Virus record (IMG/VR): IMGVR_UViG_3300045391_003833
Coordinates: 1 to 63,541 of that record
Direction: 5' to 3' (one strand)
DNA length: 63,541 nt
Source of the DNA: a virus
In this document: positions 8,141 to 16,448 of the stretch, piece by piece
How the letters are laid out: each line of letters opens with the position of its first letter
Position numbering within the stretch: the stretch's first letter is position 1
The notes under the pieces: generated by a model
Databases searched by the model: none
Told to the model about the DNA's origin: nothing
What the model saw: the letters and a program-made list of their open reading frames with translations, nothing else
Position numbers and translations under genes: made by a program

Positions 8141-8169
8141 ATAGTACATATCTGATATTAATTTGTCAA
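8141..8169 (-). promoter_or_regulatory. Sigma70 promoter for the OMP moron (TTGACA-17-TACTAT on the minus strand)
   Basis: The reverse complement reads TTGACAaattaatatcagatatgTACTAT, followed about 30 nt later by GGGAG and ATG. Confidence 0.7.
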
Positions 8170-8199
8170 CAGGGTGATTTGTGAATATGCAAAAAAAAC

Positions 8200-8228
8200 T
8201 TGACAACGTATGTAGGTGTTGCTACGCT
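8200..8228 (+). promoter_or_regulatory. Phage promoter P2 (TTGACA-17-TACGCT) with ACGTATGTAGG spacer element
   Basis: TTGACA 8200-8205, spacer acgtatgtaggtgttgc, TACGCT 8223-8228. Back-to-back with the OMP promoter. Confidence 0.65.
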
Positions 8229-8324
8229 TTACAAAATTGATTAAGGGGTAAGGATCATGGAAAGTAAGTGGAAAGTTTATTTGTATGATTTCGGAATGGC
8301 AATAGTAATGGGAGTAACAGCTTC

Positions 8325-8549
8325 ATGGATGACATTAAAGCTATTATCAATAATGTAAAGAATTCTTTAAAAAATTTGAGAGAAGAAGACTGTAGTATTG
8401 CTAAAGAAGTGACAACTTTTTTTTCATGGCTTAGTTGTTTTCTTACTCCAATTGTTTTATGTGTTATAACCGATTGTTGGTGGATTTGTTTATTCTATCC
8501 TATTTTTGGATTTTCTTGGCTATATTTTATGGGCAAAAAAGATGATTGA
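8325..8549 (+). CDS. hypothetical membrane protein (74 aa)
   Basis: ORF track; hydrophobic, Cys/Trp-rich C-terminal half. Confidence 0.45.
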   Translation: MDDIKAIINNVKNSLKNLREEDCSIAKEVTTFFSWLSCFLTPIVLCVITDCWWICLFYPIFGFSWLYFMGKKDD

Positions 8550-8745
8550 GGTAAAAGAAGAGCTAAATAGCCAAGCGTTTCTGAATATGAAAGCTTTACG
8601 AAAAAGTATTGATAATATCAACTCATTTAAGAGTGAGGTTGATAAGATTGTTGATTATTTGAAGTCAAAACGTAAGATAAGATCACGTACTAGTGATGCT
8701 TATAACACACTTGTTAAAAGGAAGGGGAAAAATAATGGCTATTAA
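8542..8745 (+). CDS. hypothetical protein (67 aa)
   Basis: ORF track, trimmed to the ATG that overlaps the upstream stop (gATGATTGA). Confidence 0.45.
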   Translation: MIEVKEELNSQAFLNMKALRKSIDNINSFKSEVDKIVDYLKSKRKIRSRTSDAYNTLVKRKGKNNGY

Positions 8746-9733
8746 GAAATCGGTAAAGAAGAAAATTGAAAAGAAAAAGAAGGTGGTTAAAAAACCTGTA
8801 AAAAATAGTTCTGTAAAGAAGAAGCTTGTTAAGAAAAAGGTTGTAAGGAAGGTTTTAAATAATCACCCTCTTGAGCCTACCCCTTGGCAAGAATTTCTGG
8901 ATGAATTTAATAATTCAGATATTGACATGAATCAACCTTGTAAACTTGTTCTTGAAGAAAATAAGCCAGAAGAAAAGGTTTACAAGTGGGTTAATATAAT
9001 ATTTCACGATATGCCAATGATGGATAAAATTCAATCTGCGTATAATCTTGGCGGAAATGCCGTTTCTGTTGCGCAATATAAGAAGAATAAGGATATGTTT
9101 GACAAGCTTTTCACATCTAGTCCACGTTTTATGCGTGAAAATGACGGTCTTGAGTTAGAGAAAGATGATAATGTTTGCAAGCTTTACAAAAATGAAGACG
9201 GTACGATAAATAAAGTTGTCTTGTTTGAATTCCCAAAGAGCGAATTAGACAGAAGGGATAGAGAATATCTAGACATGTTTTCTGGTTTAGAAGGTGTTGA
9301 GAAGATAGATGCAAGATGGGGAAGTTCGTGTACTCCTACTATTGGCTCTATTGACGTTAGGTCGCAGTACTTTAAAGAAAAAATGGAAGAAATGGAAGAA
9401 TTTGAAAAGCTTATAGGTCCTGTGGAAGACCCTGTTGAGCTTGCAGTTCTTATGAAGGAAAAAAACCGAGAAGAATGGGAAAAGAGAAAAGAGGCATATC
9501 TAGGCTCTAAGATTGATAGCCATGAAATTGACTATCTTGGTGAACACAGTACCTTTAAAAAAGTGGCTGATAAGTATCTTGATAAAGAGCAAAAAGAGAT
9601 TGCTGACTTGATGGGAATGTCTAGGTTTAGATATTTACTCGGTTGGATTGAAGATATATTAGACAATGTAGATGCTTATGGGTTCTATGCTCGGGGTAGG
9701 GTTAAGGTCGAAGGATACGATAGTTTCGAATGA
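8735..9733 (+). CDS. Lysine-rich histone H1-like N-terminal tail fused to an unknown ~290-aa domain
   Basis: Trimmed to MAIKKSVKKKIEKKKKVVKKPVKNSSVKKKLVKKKVVRKV, with SD aaggaaggggaaaaataATG. Its stop overlaps the patatin start (ATGA). Confidence 0.6.
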   Translation: MAIKKSVKKKIEKKKKVVKKPVKNSSVKKKLVKKKVVRKVLNNHPLEPTPWQEFLDEFNNSDIDMNQPCKLVLEENKPEEKVYKWVNIIFHDMPMMDKIQSAYNLGGNAVSVAQYKKNKDMFDKLFTSSPRFMRENDGLELEKDDNVCKLYKNEDGTINKVVLFEFPKSELDRRDREYLDMFSGLEGVEKIDARWGSSCTPTIGSIDVRSQYFKEKMEEMEEFEKLIGPVEDPVELAVLMKEKNREEWEKRKEAYLGSKIDSHEIDYLGEHSTFKKVADKYLDKEQKEIADLMGMSRFRYLLGWIEDILDNVDAYGFYARGRVKVEGYDSFE

Positions 9734-10713
9734 AAAAGTTTAAGATACTTTCAATAGATGGTGGAGGGGTAAGAGGGGTGATTCCTGCTCGCATCTTACA
9801 GGCCATTGAAGAAGAGCAAGGAAAGCCTATATCAGATATCTTCGATATGATTATAGGCACGTCTACAGGGGCATTAATTGCTCTTTGTCTGGCTTCTCCC
9901 ATTCCTCCTTACAAGGCTTCTGAGATAGTAGATATCTACCTAAAAGAGTCAAAAAACATCTTCAAGAAATCTATCTGGAGGATGATTACCACCGGAGATG
10001 GATTGTGGGCACCGAAATATGATCGCACCTACTTAGACGATCTTCTTAAAAAAACGTTCTCAACCAACAAGAATGGGCTTAGTCATAGCTTGCTGAGTCA
10101 TGCTAAATGTAAGGTATTGATACCAACTTATTGTCTTTGCCGAGGAGAGCCAATCGTTCATTCTTCCGAAGATGCTATTAAGTCTATGGTTCATGACTTT
10201 AAAATGTGGGAAATAGCGGCGGCAGCAACTGCTTCTCCTGTTTACTTTAAGCCTTTCTGGATGAAGCATAAAAAGGGACTAGAGTGGAATGATAAAAGCG
10301 CATGGGGTTTAGAGGTGGACGGAGGGATATGGGTCAATAATCCCGAATCTTTGGCTGTTTGCGAGTTTGCAAAACTCTCAGAGAGTAAAAAGTATGAGTC
10401 TATATCTGTTCTCTCTATTGGCACCGGTAAGCCAAGATATTCAATGAATCGACTTGCTTTGGACAATCCAGGCGTTATTGGATGGTTTGACAATGGCTTT
10501 ATCGACATGATGATAAACGCTGACATGGACGAAACAGCCATGCTAAGCAAAGCCATATTCAATAATCATCACAGGGTTCAATTTACTCTAGAACAGGATT
10601 ATCAACTTGATGAAGGGGACGACGATACCATGAAAGCGTTGTTAAAGATTGCAGAAGGTATTATTGCGGATAAAGGCGAAATGGATAAGGTTAGGGAGAT
10701 AGTTAATGCTTGA
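9730..10713 (+). CDS. Patatin-like phospholipase
   Basis: GGGVRG oxyanion motif, GTSTG nucleophile elbow (GxSxG) and a DGG catalytic Asp motif (VDGGIWVNNP). Confidence 0.9.
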   Translation: MKKFKILSIDGGGVRGVIPARILQAIEEEQGKPISDIFDMIIGTSTGALIALCLASPIPPYKASEIVDIYLKESKNIFKKSIWRMITTGDGLWAPKYDRTYLDDLLKKTFSTNKNGLSHSLLSHAKCKVLIPTYCLCRGEPIVHSSEDAIKSMVHDFKMWEIAAAATASPVYFKPFWMKHKKGLEWNDKSAWGLEVDGGIWVNNPESLAVCEFAKLSESKKYESISVLSIGTGKPRYSMNRLALDNPGVIGWFDNGFIDMMINADMDETAMLSKAIFNNHHRVQFTLEQDYQLDEGDDDTMKALLKIAEGIIADKGEMDKVREIVNA

Positions 10714-10870
10714 AACAGAATTTGAGCCAACAATAGAATATTCAGAATGCCTATGTGGCTGCTGTCCTGAGTGCGACGTAAGAGAGTTTTGGGATAATCT
10801 TCGGATGAAACCATGGACAAGCACTATTATTGAAAAATACACTCTCGATCTTTCTAAATACTTTTCTTAA
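10706..10870 (+). CDS. small Cys-rich protein (54 aa), below the ORF-track cutoff
   Basis: ATG overlaps the patatin stop (aATGcTTGA). Contains CLCGCCPEC. Confidence 0.35.
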   Translation: MLETEFEPTIEYSECLCGCCPECDVREFWDNLRMKPWTSTIIEKYTLDLSKYFS

Positions 10871-10958
10871 AGTGTAGATGCACTTTAGTTAAATCACTTT
10901 ACTTTGTGAAATAACTGTTGTAGGATTATTGAGTTTCAATTATCAACTTGGATGATAA

Positions 10959-13487
10959 GTGGCTCAATACGGACGTGAGAGTTATTCAGATCTTGGGCAG
11001 CCTGAAATGCAGGTTCAGTATCCACCACAAGATTTTGAATTAAGTGCAGTTACACAACCGGTTGAGCCACCAGAAGATTTCTACGAAAACCTTGCGTTTA
11101 AGATTAGAGATAGTGTTCTACTCGACTTAAGCAACAAGTTACTTGAAGAGATAGAAGGGGATATAGCGGCCCGCCAGGGATGGGAAACCGCTATAAATAT
11201 TGTCCTCAAGTACCTAGGCTTCAAGATAGAAGAATCCAGAACCGTTCCATTCATCCAAGCCTGCGGTGCATTTGACACCACGTTAGCCAGAGCTTTAGTC
11301 AGCGCCTACGCAACCATCTTTCCTCAATTATTCCCTCCTCAAGGACCTGCTAAGGTTCAAATAAACGGTGTTCCGACAAAAGAAGTAGAAGACGAAGGAG
11401 AACGGGTTAAGTACTTCATGAATTACTACTTAACCGAGGTAGACAGAGAATACAGACCTGATTCAGAATCTTGCGTGATGCAAACCATATTCTATGGAAG
11501 CGGTTTCAAACAAGTATGGCAAGACACAATCCTAAACAGACCAGTTTCAAGATTCATAAAACCACAAGACTTCATTGTTAACCCAGACACAGAAAGCCTA
11601 TTATCAGCTGAACGTATTACCAAGGTAATTCGATTCGATAAGAGAACGGTCAAGCTAAAAGAAAGAAGCGGAGAGTTTAAAAAAGGAACCTTCCCTTACC
11701 AAGATGACAACGTAGACGAACCTTCTGCTATTAACAAGACCATTAACAATATGGAAGGCATTTCAAAAGAAAGCCAGGAAAAGAAAAGCCTTATTGAATA
11801 CTACGAAGTTCACACCAACCTTACAGACGAAGATTTAAAATTTATCAACGGTATGCCAGAGCCTGAACCTTTAGAAGATTCAGAATTTGGAAGTACAGAA
11901 GACAATGGATTAGGAGATACGGTTGACGAAACCGAAGAAGACGAATCAGACGACATTCCAAAGCCTTATGTAATCACTATTTGCAAGTCAAGCGAGAAAA
12001 TAGTCTCTATCAAGAGAAACTGGAAAGAAGGTAATGAGAATTACGAAAAACTAGAACACTTTGTAAACTACTACTATCTAAAAGGATTTGGTATTTACGG
12101 ATTAGGTTTAGTGCATCTCTTAGGCTCTAACGCAGTTGCCTTGACTACGATTGAAAGACAATTGATTGACGCCGCTACTTTAAAGAATTTCCCAGGTGGT
12201 TATAAGCGCAAAGACTTCAAAGCAGAAGACAATAATATTTCCCCAAGCCCAGGTTCATTTATTGATGTAGAAACGGGTGGAATGGAACCGATACAGAATG
12301 GATTTATGTTGATGCCGTATGGTGAGCCATCTCAGGTTCTGATGGCGTTAAGAGATGCATTGATACAGGAAACCGCTGCGTTGGCTGCAACGGCTGAGAA
12401 AGCCATTCCTGAGAATGTTAATCAGAACATGCCAGTTGGAACTGCATTAGCTTACTTAGAGGTTAACTCTCGTATTCAGTCTGCGGTTGTCTCTTCTTTC
12501 TACCACTCTGTTGGAACTGAATTACAACTTATTGGTAATCTTTTTGGTGAGCATTTATCAGATGAGCCATACCCTTTCACTGTGCCTGGTGGAAACATGG
12601 CCATTATGCGTAAGGATTTCAGTGACAGGATTAGAATTTGCCCAGTAGCAGACCCTAATGTGTTAACCAGTACTCATCGCTTGATAAGAGATCAAGAGTT
12701 GATGAAGCTAGCCCAGATGTTCCCTCAGCTCTATAACATGAGGGAAGTGAACTCTAGAATGCTTAATTCTATGAACATTGAGGCTATAGACAAGATTTTG
12801 CTTCCTGAGCCTACAGAGGTGGCATTAGATGCTATAAGTGAGAACATGCTTATCATCTCAGGAAAGCCTGTTACTGTATTGCCTAACCAAGATCATGATT
12901 CTCATATCATAGACCATCTTAAAGATGCCATGGAACAAAAGATGATGGGAAACATGCAAGCGTTTGTCTCTATTACCATGCATTCACAGGTACACAAGGG
13001 ATTTAAGGCTTTGCATAGTTTAATGCAAGAAATAGACCAAATGAGTATGAAAGCTCAAATGTCTCAGAATTTTGAAATGATGCAAGAAGTACAACAAAGG
13101 GGTATGCAGATACAACAATGGTCTCAAGCGACTGCTAAAGACATTCTTACTATCCCAGAGATTCAAAACAAGGTTAGCAAAATGGATGCTGAAGAGATTA
13201 AACAGCAGCAACAAATGGCTGCACAGCAACCTCAGCCAATCGACCCAGCTATTCCTGTGTTAGAAGATGTGAAACAGAAGAGAGAAGCTGCGCAGTTGAA
13301 ATATGATTCGGACCTTAAGAAAGTTGAGCTTGAAGCTTATAAGACATCGACTGAGTTTGAATCTGACAAGATGAAGTTGGAGACTGACAGAGATTTAGCA
13401 GAAGAAAAGAACAAGGTAACGTTACAAGTTGAAAAGATGAAGCAATCAAAGCGAGGGGGTAAAAATGAAACCAGGGTACCAAGGTAG
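10959..13487 (+). CDS. Portal protein (842 aa) with Gln-rich charged C-terminal extension
   Basis: Size and position at the head of the morphogenesis module, upstream of scaffold and capsid. The central region resembles podovirus portals. GTG start follows an in-frame TAA. Confidence 0.7.
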   Translation: MAQYGRESYSDLGQPEMQVQYPPQDFELSAVTQPVEPPEDFYENLAFKIRDSVLLDLSNKLLEEIEGDIAARQGWETAINIVLKYLGFKIEESRTVPFIQACGAFDTTLARALVSAYATIFPQLFPPQGPAKVQINGVPTKEVEDEGERVKYFMNYYLTEVDREYRPDSESCVMQTIFYGSGFKQVWQDTILNRPVSRFIKPQDFIVNPDTESLLSAERITKVIRFDKRTVKLKERSGEFKKGTFPYQDDNVDEPSAINKTINNMEGISKESQEKKSLIEYYEVHTNLTDEDLKFINGMPEPEPLEDSEFGSTEDNGLGDTVDETEEDESDDIPKPYVITICKSSEKIVSIKRNWKEGNENYEKLEHFVNYYYLKGFGIYGLGLVHLLGSNAVALTTIERQLIDAATLKNFPGGYKRKDFKAEDNNISPSPGSFIDVETGGMEPIQNGFMLMPYGEPSQVLMALRDALIQETAALAATAEKAIPENVNQNMPVGTALAYLEVNSRIQSAVVSSFYHSVGTELQLIGNLFGEHLSDEPYPFTVPGGNMAIMRKDFSDRIRICPVADPNVLTSTHRLIRDQELMKLAQMFPQLYNMREVNSRMLNSMNIEAIDKILLPEPTEVALDAISENMLIISGKPVTVLPNQDHDSHIIDHLKDAMEQKMMGNMQAFVSITMHSQVHKGFKALHSLMQEIDQMSMKAQMSQNFEMMQEVQQRGMQIQQWSQATAKDILTIPEIQNKVSKMDAEEIKQQQQMAAQQPQPIDPAIPVLEDVKQKREAAQLKYDSDLKKVELEAYKTSTEFESDKMKLETDRDLAEEKNKVTLQVEKMKQSKRGGKNETRVPR

Positions 13488-13665
13488 TGATTCTTGTAGA
13501 GAGTTTGCAGAAAGAACGATGGGAGCAGCAGAAATGCGAGCCGCATCAGATCGTCCGCAAGCTTATAAGAAAGGCGGACATGTGAAGGCTAAATGCATGG
13601 CTATGGGTGGAGCAGGAAAGATTAGACATAACGAAGCCACTAAGAAAGGCGGTCGTAAAGGTTAA
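13465..13665 (+). CDS. small basic protein (66 aa) with KKGGHV / MGGAGK motifs
   Basis: ORF track; overlaps the portal end by 23 nt. Its motif is shared with the internal virion proteins. Confidence 0.45.
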   Translation: MKPGYQGSDSCREFAERTMGAAEMRAASDRPQAYKKGGHVKAKCMAMGGAGKIRHNEATKKGGRKG

Positions 13666-13667
13666 TA

Positions 13668-13874
13668 ATGCTCATAAGGTTAAGGGATGATTTTTTAAGG
13701 GAGTTGAACAAGATAAAGTTCCTTTATCAGGAAAAAATTGATACTGGAAGGTTAAGTCTTGAGGACTACAGGTTCATATCTGGTAAGAATCTTGGCATTA
13801 AAGAAGCCGAGAATGTCTTGCAAGAGTTGATTAGGAAGTTGTTTGACGAGAGAGAGTTAAAAAGGAAGGAGTGA
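13668..13874 (+). CDS. hypothetical protein (68 aa)
   Basis: ORF track; tight tiling. Confidence 0.5.
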   Translation: MLIRLRDDFLRELNKIKFLYQEKIDTGRLSLEDYRFISGKNLGIKEAENVLQELIRKLFDERELKRKE

Positions 13875-13879
13875 AAGGA

Positions 13880-14554
13880 ATGAGCTTAATAGTAGACCAC
13901 ATGGGAAGGAATGTTAATTCTGAGAAAAAGTTGGTAGGCATTGACGGTAATAATATTACATCAGAGAAAACTATTGAAGAAATTCAAGAAGGTTATCGGG
14001 AAGATGTTAAGAAAGCCATAGCAGAGCAAAGAGGAGACAAGACTCTTATAGAGAAAAACAAATATGCTTTAGGTGGGCTGAACATGGAGGTTCATAATAG
14101 GGTATTTAAGTCTTACAAAGAGCTGAATCCACATTCTTTTGTAGAGGAAGAAGAGTTAGAAGCTAATAAGAAGCTTGTTAGGGAGCTCCTAGGGTTCGAG
14201 CCTCCAAGAACAGTGGGCTTTAATATGTGCGTAATGCTTTATATTAGACCGGAAAAGGTAACAGAGGGTGGGATATACCATGCAAGCGGTATATCGGTTT
14301 CAGATTTTATAAATGAGGGTAGATTAAGTAGAGATCAGTACACAACTTGTGTTGCATTAGTTTGCTATCAAGGCAATGAGTGTTATACAAATCCTCTTTT
14401 CCAGGGGGTTAGATGGTGTAATGTTGGAGATTGGATACTCTTTCCTAGAAATGAGGGAGTAAGAGTTAACTATAGAGGGGTTCAAATGCAGTTCATACAA
14501 GACATTAACATGTATTCTGTAATTGAAGATCCAGCCTATGTAACCAGGGACTAA
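13880..14554 (+). CDS. Morphogenesis-module protein with C-terminal GroES/Cpn10-like domain
   Basis: MLYIRPEKVTEGGIYHASG ... VGDWILFPRNEGVRVNYRGVQMQFIQDINMYSVIEDP parallels remembered GroES RVIVKR..ETKSAGGIVL ... [33 protein letters not shown]. Confidence 0.5.
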   Translation: MSLIVDHMGRNVNSEKKLVGIDGNNITSEKTIEEIQEGYREDVKKAIAEQRGDKTLIEKNKYALGGLNMEVHNRVFKSYKELNPHSFVEEEELEANKKLVRELLGFEPPRTVGFNMCVMLYIRPEKVTEGGIYHASGISVSDFINEGRLSRDQYTTCVALVCYQGNECYTNPLFQGVRWCNVGDWILFPRNEGVRVNYRGVQMQFIQDINMYSVIEDPAYVTRD

Positions 14555-14563
14555 AGGTGAGAT

Positions 14564-15634
14564 ATGAAAAATACAGTTGAAGCATACATACAGGAACAGC
14601 TGGGAGATACCAGTGATCTGGCTCCAGTAAGGAGAGAGGATAGAAGAGAAGATCCGGCTCAGCAAGAAGAACCGGCATATCGTGATCCCGAACCTCATCT
14701 GGAAGAACCAGAATACGTCGAAGAAGAGCCGGAAGAGGAACCAGAACCAGAGCCAGAGTATTACGGCGATCCGGAAGTAGATAGGCAGAGAGAACAGGAA
14801 GCCAAACCTAAGCAAGAACATCGTTCTCGTGCAGATCAGCGCATTCGTGAAGCGATTAGCGAGCGACAAAAGGCTATTGAAATTGCTAACAGATTGGCAG
14901 CAGAAAACGAGCAACTGCGCCAAATGGCAAGCCAAAGTAGCGAAGCAGTCAATCTTTTCCGAGAGGATTCTATTGAGCGCAGAAGGGATTTGGCCAAGAA
15001 AAAGTATTTTGAGGCTCGTGAGAATGGAGATTTATCTTTAGAAGCAGATGCAAGTTTTGAGCTTGCAGAGATTGCTGCTGAGCTGAAAGAAGTTCAAAAG
15101 CAGAAGATAGAAACCGAGTATTGGAACAAGAAAGCTCAAGAAGACAGACAAAACGCTGAGCGTATGCAACAACAGGCATATGCACAACCTCAAGTTCCTA
15201 CTCATGATGTTGAAGCATGGTTCAACAAGAACACATGGGCTTTGCCTAATCATCCAGATTACGATGCTGATGCGGCTGAGGAGCTGGGTATTTATGCTGA
15301 TGGATTAGAGAATCGGTACAGAGCGGCTGGTATGCAACATCTGATAGGAAGCCAACAATATTTGGCCGAAATAAACAGATTTGTAGCTAAGGCACGTGTA
15401 ACACCTAACAGTCAAACACAAAGGAGACAAATACCAATGAAGACGTCAAGAACTCCCGTATCGCAAGCCAGAGGAAACTCTGGAAGACCTGCGACGCGTG
15501 GTAAGCCAGGGGATAGTTTATCAGAAGCTCAAAAAGACATGGCTCGCAGACAAGGCGTGTCTTATGAAACTTATGAAAAGTGGGTTAAGGAAGACAGAGC
15601 AGAGCACGCCGATATGGGACGTGGACAATATTAA
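14564..15634 (+). CDS. Putative scaffolding protein (356 aa, highly charged, acidic PE-rich N-terminus)
   Basis: Position between portal and capsid; helical, charged composition. Confidence 0.55.
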   Translation: MKNTVEAYIQEQLGDTSDLAPVRREDRREDPAQQEEPAYRDPEPHLEEPEYVEEEPEEEPEPEPEYYGDPEVDRQREQEAKPKQEHRSRADQRIREAISERQKAIEIANRLAAENEQLRQMASQSSEAVNLFREDSIERRRDLAKKKYFEARENGDLSLEADASFELAEIAAELKEVQKQKIETEYWNKKAQEDRQNAERMQQQAYAQPQVPTHDVEAWFNKNTWALPNHPDYDADAAEELGIYADGLENRYRAAGMQHLIGSQQYLAEINRFVAKARVTPNSQTQRRQIPMKTSRTPVSQARGNSGRPATRGKPGDSLSEAQKDMARRQGVSYETYEKWVKEDRAEHADMGRGQY

Positions 15635-15645
15635 TTTTGGAGTAA

Positions 15646-16218
15646 ATGGAAATGAGTAGAGACAGGGCGTTGAACCAAGATACGTTAGATAAACGAGCAG
15701 AAATTACGTTGTCTAGAAGTACTAAAATGGTTATGAGCAGGGAAGATTATCGTCGTAAGAAACAGAATATGAAGCCTAAGGGTGAATTAGATATTGATAT
15801 GTCTAAGAAGCCTTTGGATATGACATATAGATGGTTGAGTATTTCTGTTTTGAATGAACCCTATCATGCACGTGAAACTTACATGCATTCAGAAGGATGG
15901 ACACCAGTACCGGCTGACAGACATCCGGAAGCGTTGCCACCAGACTTCTTGGGAAGAAAACAACTGACGCACAATTACATTGAGCGCAGAGGTTTGTTAT
16001 TATGTGAGAGACCAACGGTTTATGTGGAAGTGGATGAAGAAGACTTGAATGAACAGACACGGCAAATCACGGAAGGATTGCCAGCTGTTAACAATCCAAT
16101 GAACGACCAATTGGCGTTTATGGATCCTTTAAGATCTAACACCCAAGTTTCGCGTACTTACACAGTAAGACGTGATAAAGCTCCACCACAGGTTCAAGGG
16201 AGTGACTTTGGGCAATAG
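15646..16218 (+). CDS. hypothetical structural-module protein (190 aa)
   Basis: ORF track; followed by a terminator. Confidence 0.55.
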   Translation: MEMSRDRALNQDTLDKRAEITLSRSTKMVMSREDYRRKKQNMKPKGELDIDMSKKPLDMTYRWLSISVLNEPYHARETYMHSEGWTPVPADRHPEALPPDFLGRKQLTHNYIERRGLLLCERPTVYVEVDEEDLNEQTRQITEGLPAVNNPMNDQLAFMDPLRSNTQVSRTYTVRRDKAPPQVQGSDFGQ

Positions 16219-16237
16219 GGATGTTGCCATTTTTTTT
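16209..16237 (+). terminator. Rho-independent terminator (GGCAA-8 nt-TTGCC followed by T8)
   Basis: Hairpin 16211-16228 followed by tttttttt at 16230-16237; overlaps the stop of 15646..16218. Confidence 0.6.
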
Positions 16238-16260
16238 AAGCAGTAATAGACTACCGTCTA

Positions 16261-16410
16261 AGAGTGGGCCAAATCTCTTTAAAAAGGTCTCCATTGCAAT
16301 ATGGACTTCGTGCAGTATCACGTTAATCTATAGATAGAGTGGGCCAAATCTCTTTAAAAAGGTCGCTGTTGAGATACAGCCATCGTGTGACATCACGTAA
16401 ATCTGGGAAG
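16261..16410 (+). repeat. Tandem 75-bp direct repeat (2 copies), each with two hairpins, upstream of the capsid genes
   Basis: 29 nt are identical in both copies (agagtgggccaaatctctttaaaaaggtc at 16261 and 16336). Hairpin A is TCCAT/ATGGA in copy 1 and GCTGT/ACAGC in copy 2, giving 3 compensatory pairs. Confidence 0.85.
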
Positions 16411-16448
16411 TGTGTTTTTACATATTTTAGATTTTAGTGAGGTTAGAA

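Noticed and set aside
8257-8358. 33-codon hydrophobic micro-ORF (MESKWKVYLYDFGMAIVMGVTASWMTLKLLSIM) right after promoter P2; likewise a 32-codon ORF at 57383..57481 and a 43-codon ORF at 38087..38218
   Set aside because: They are plausible small membrane peptides, but they are very short and have marginal SD spacing. Sequence alone cannot distinguish them from chance ORFs.
10830-10862. Possible late promoter TTGAAA...AATACT upstream of the portal leader hairpin
   Set aside because: Spacing between the best -35-like and -10-like hexamers is 19-21 bp, and the conserved ACGTATGTA element is absent. Not convincing.
14357-14935. 192-aa minus-strand ORF and other long antisense ORFs within structural genes (for example 19099..19512, 23922..24341, 33449..33811, 34007..34402, 27489..27881, 32815..33243)
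   Set aside because: They lie fully inside well-supported + strand genes, lack SD sequences, and have the low-complexity composition typical of shadow ORFs.
16261-16410. CRISPR array or attachment-site repeats
   Set aside because: There are only two directly abutting copies with no spacers and no cas genes. The 11-bp repeats at 43563 lie in coding DNA. No CRISPR array is present in the window.
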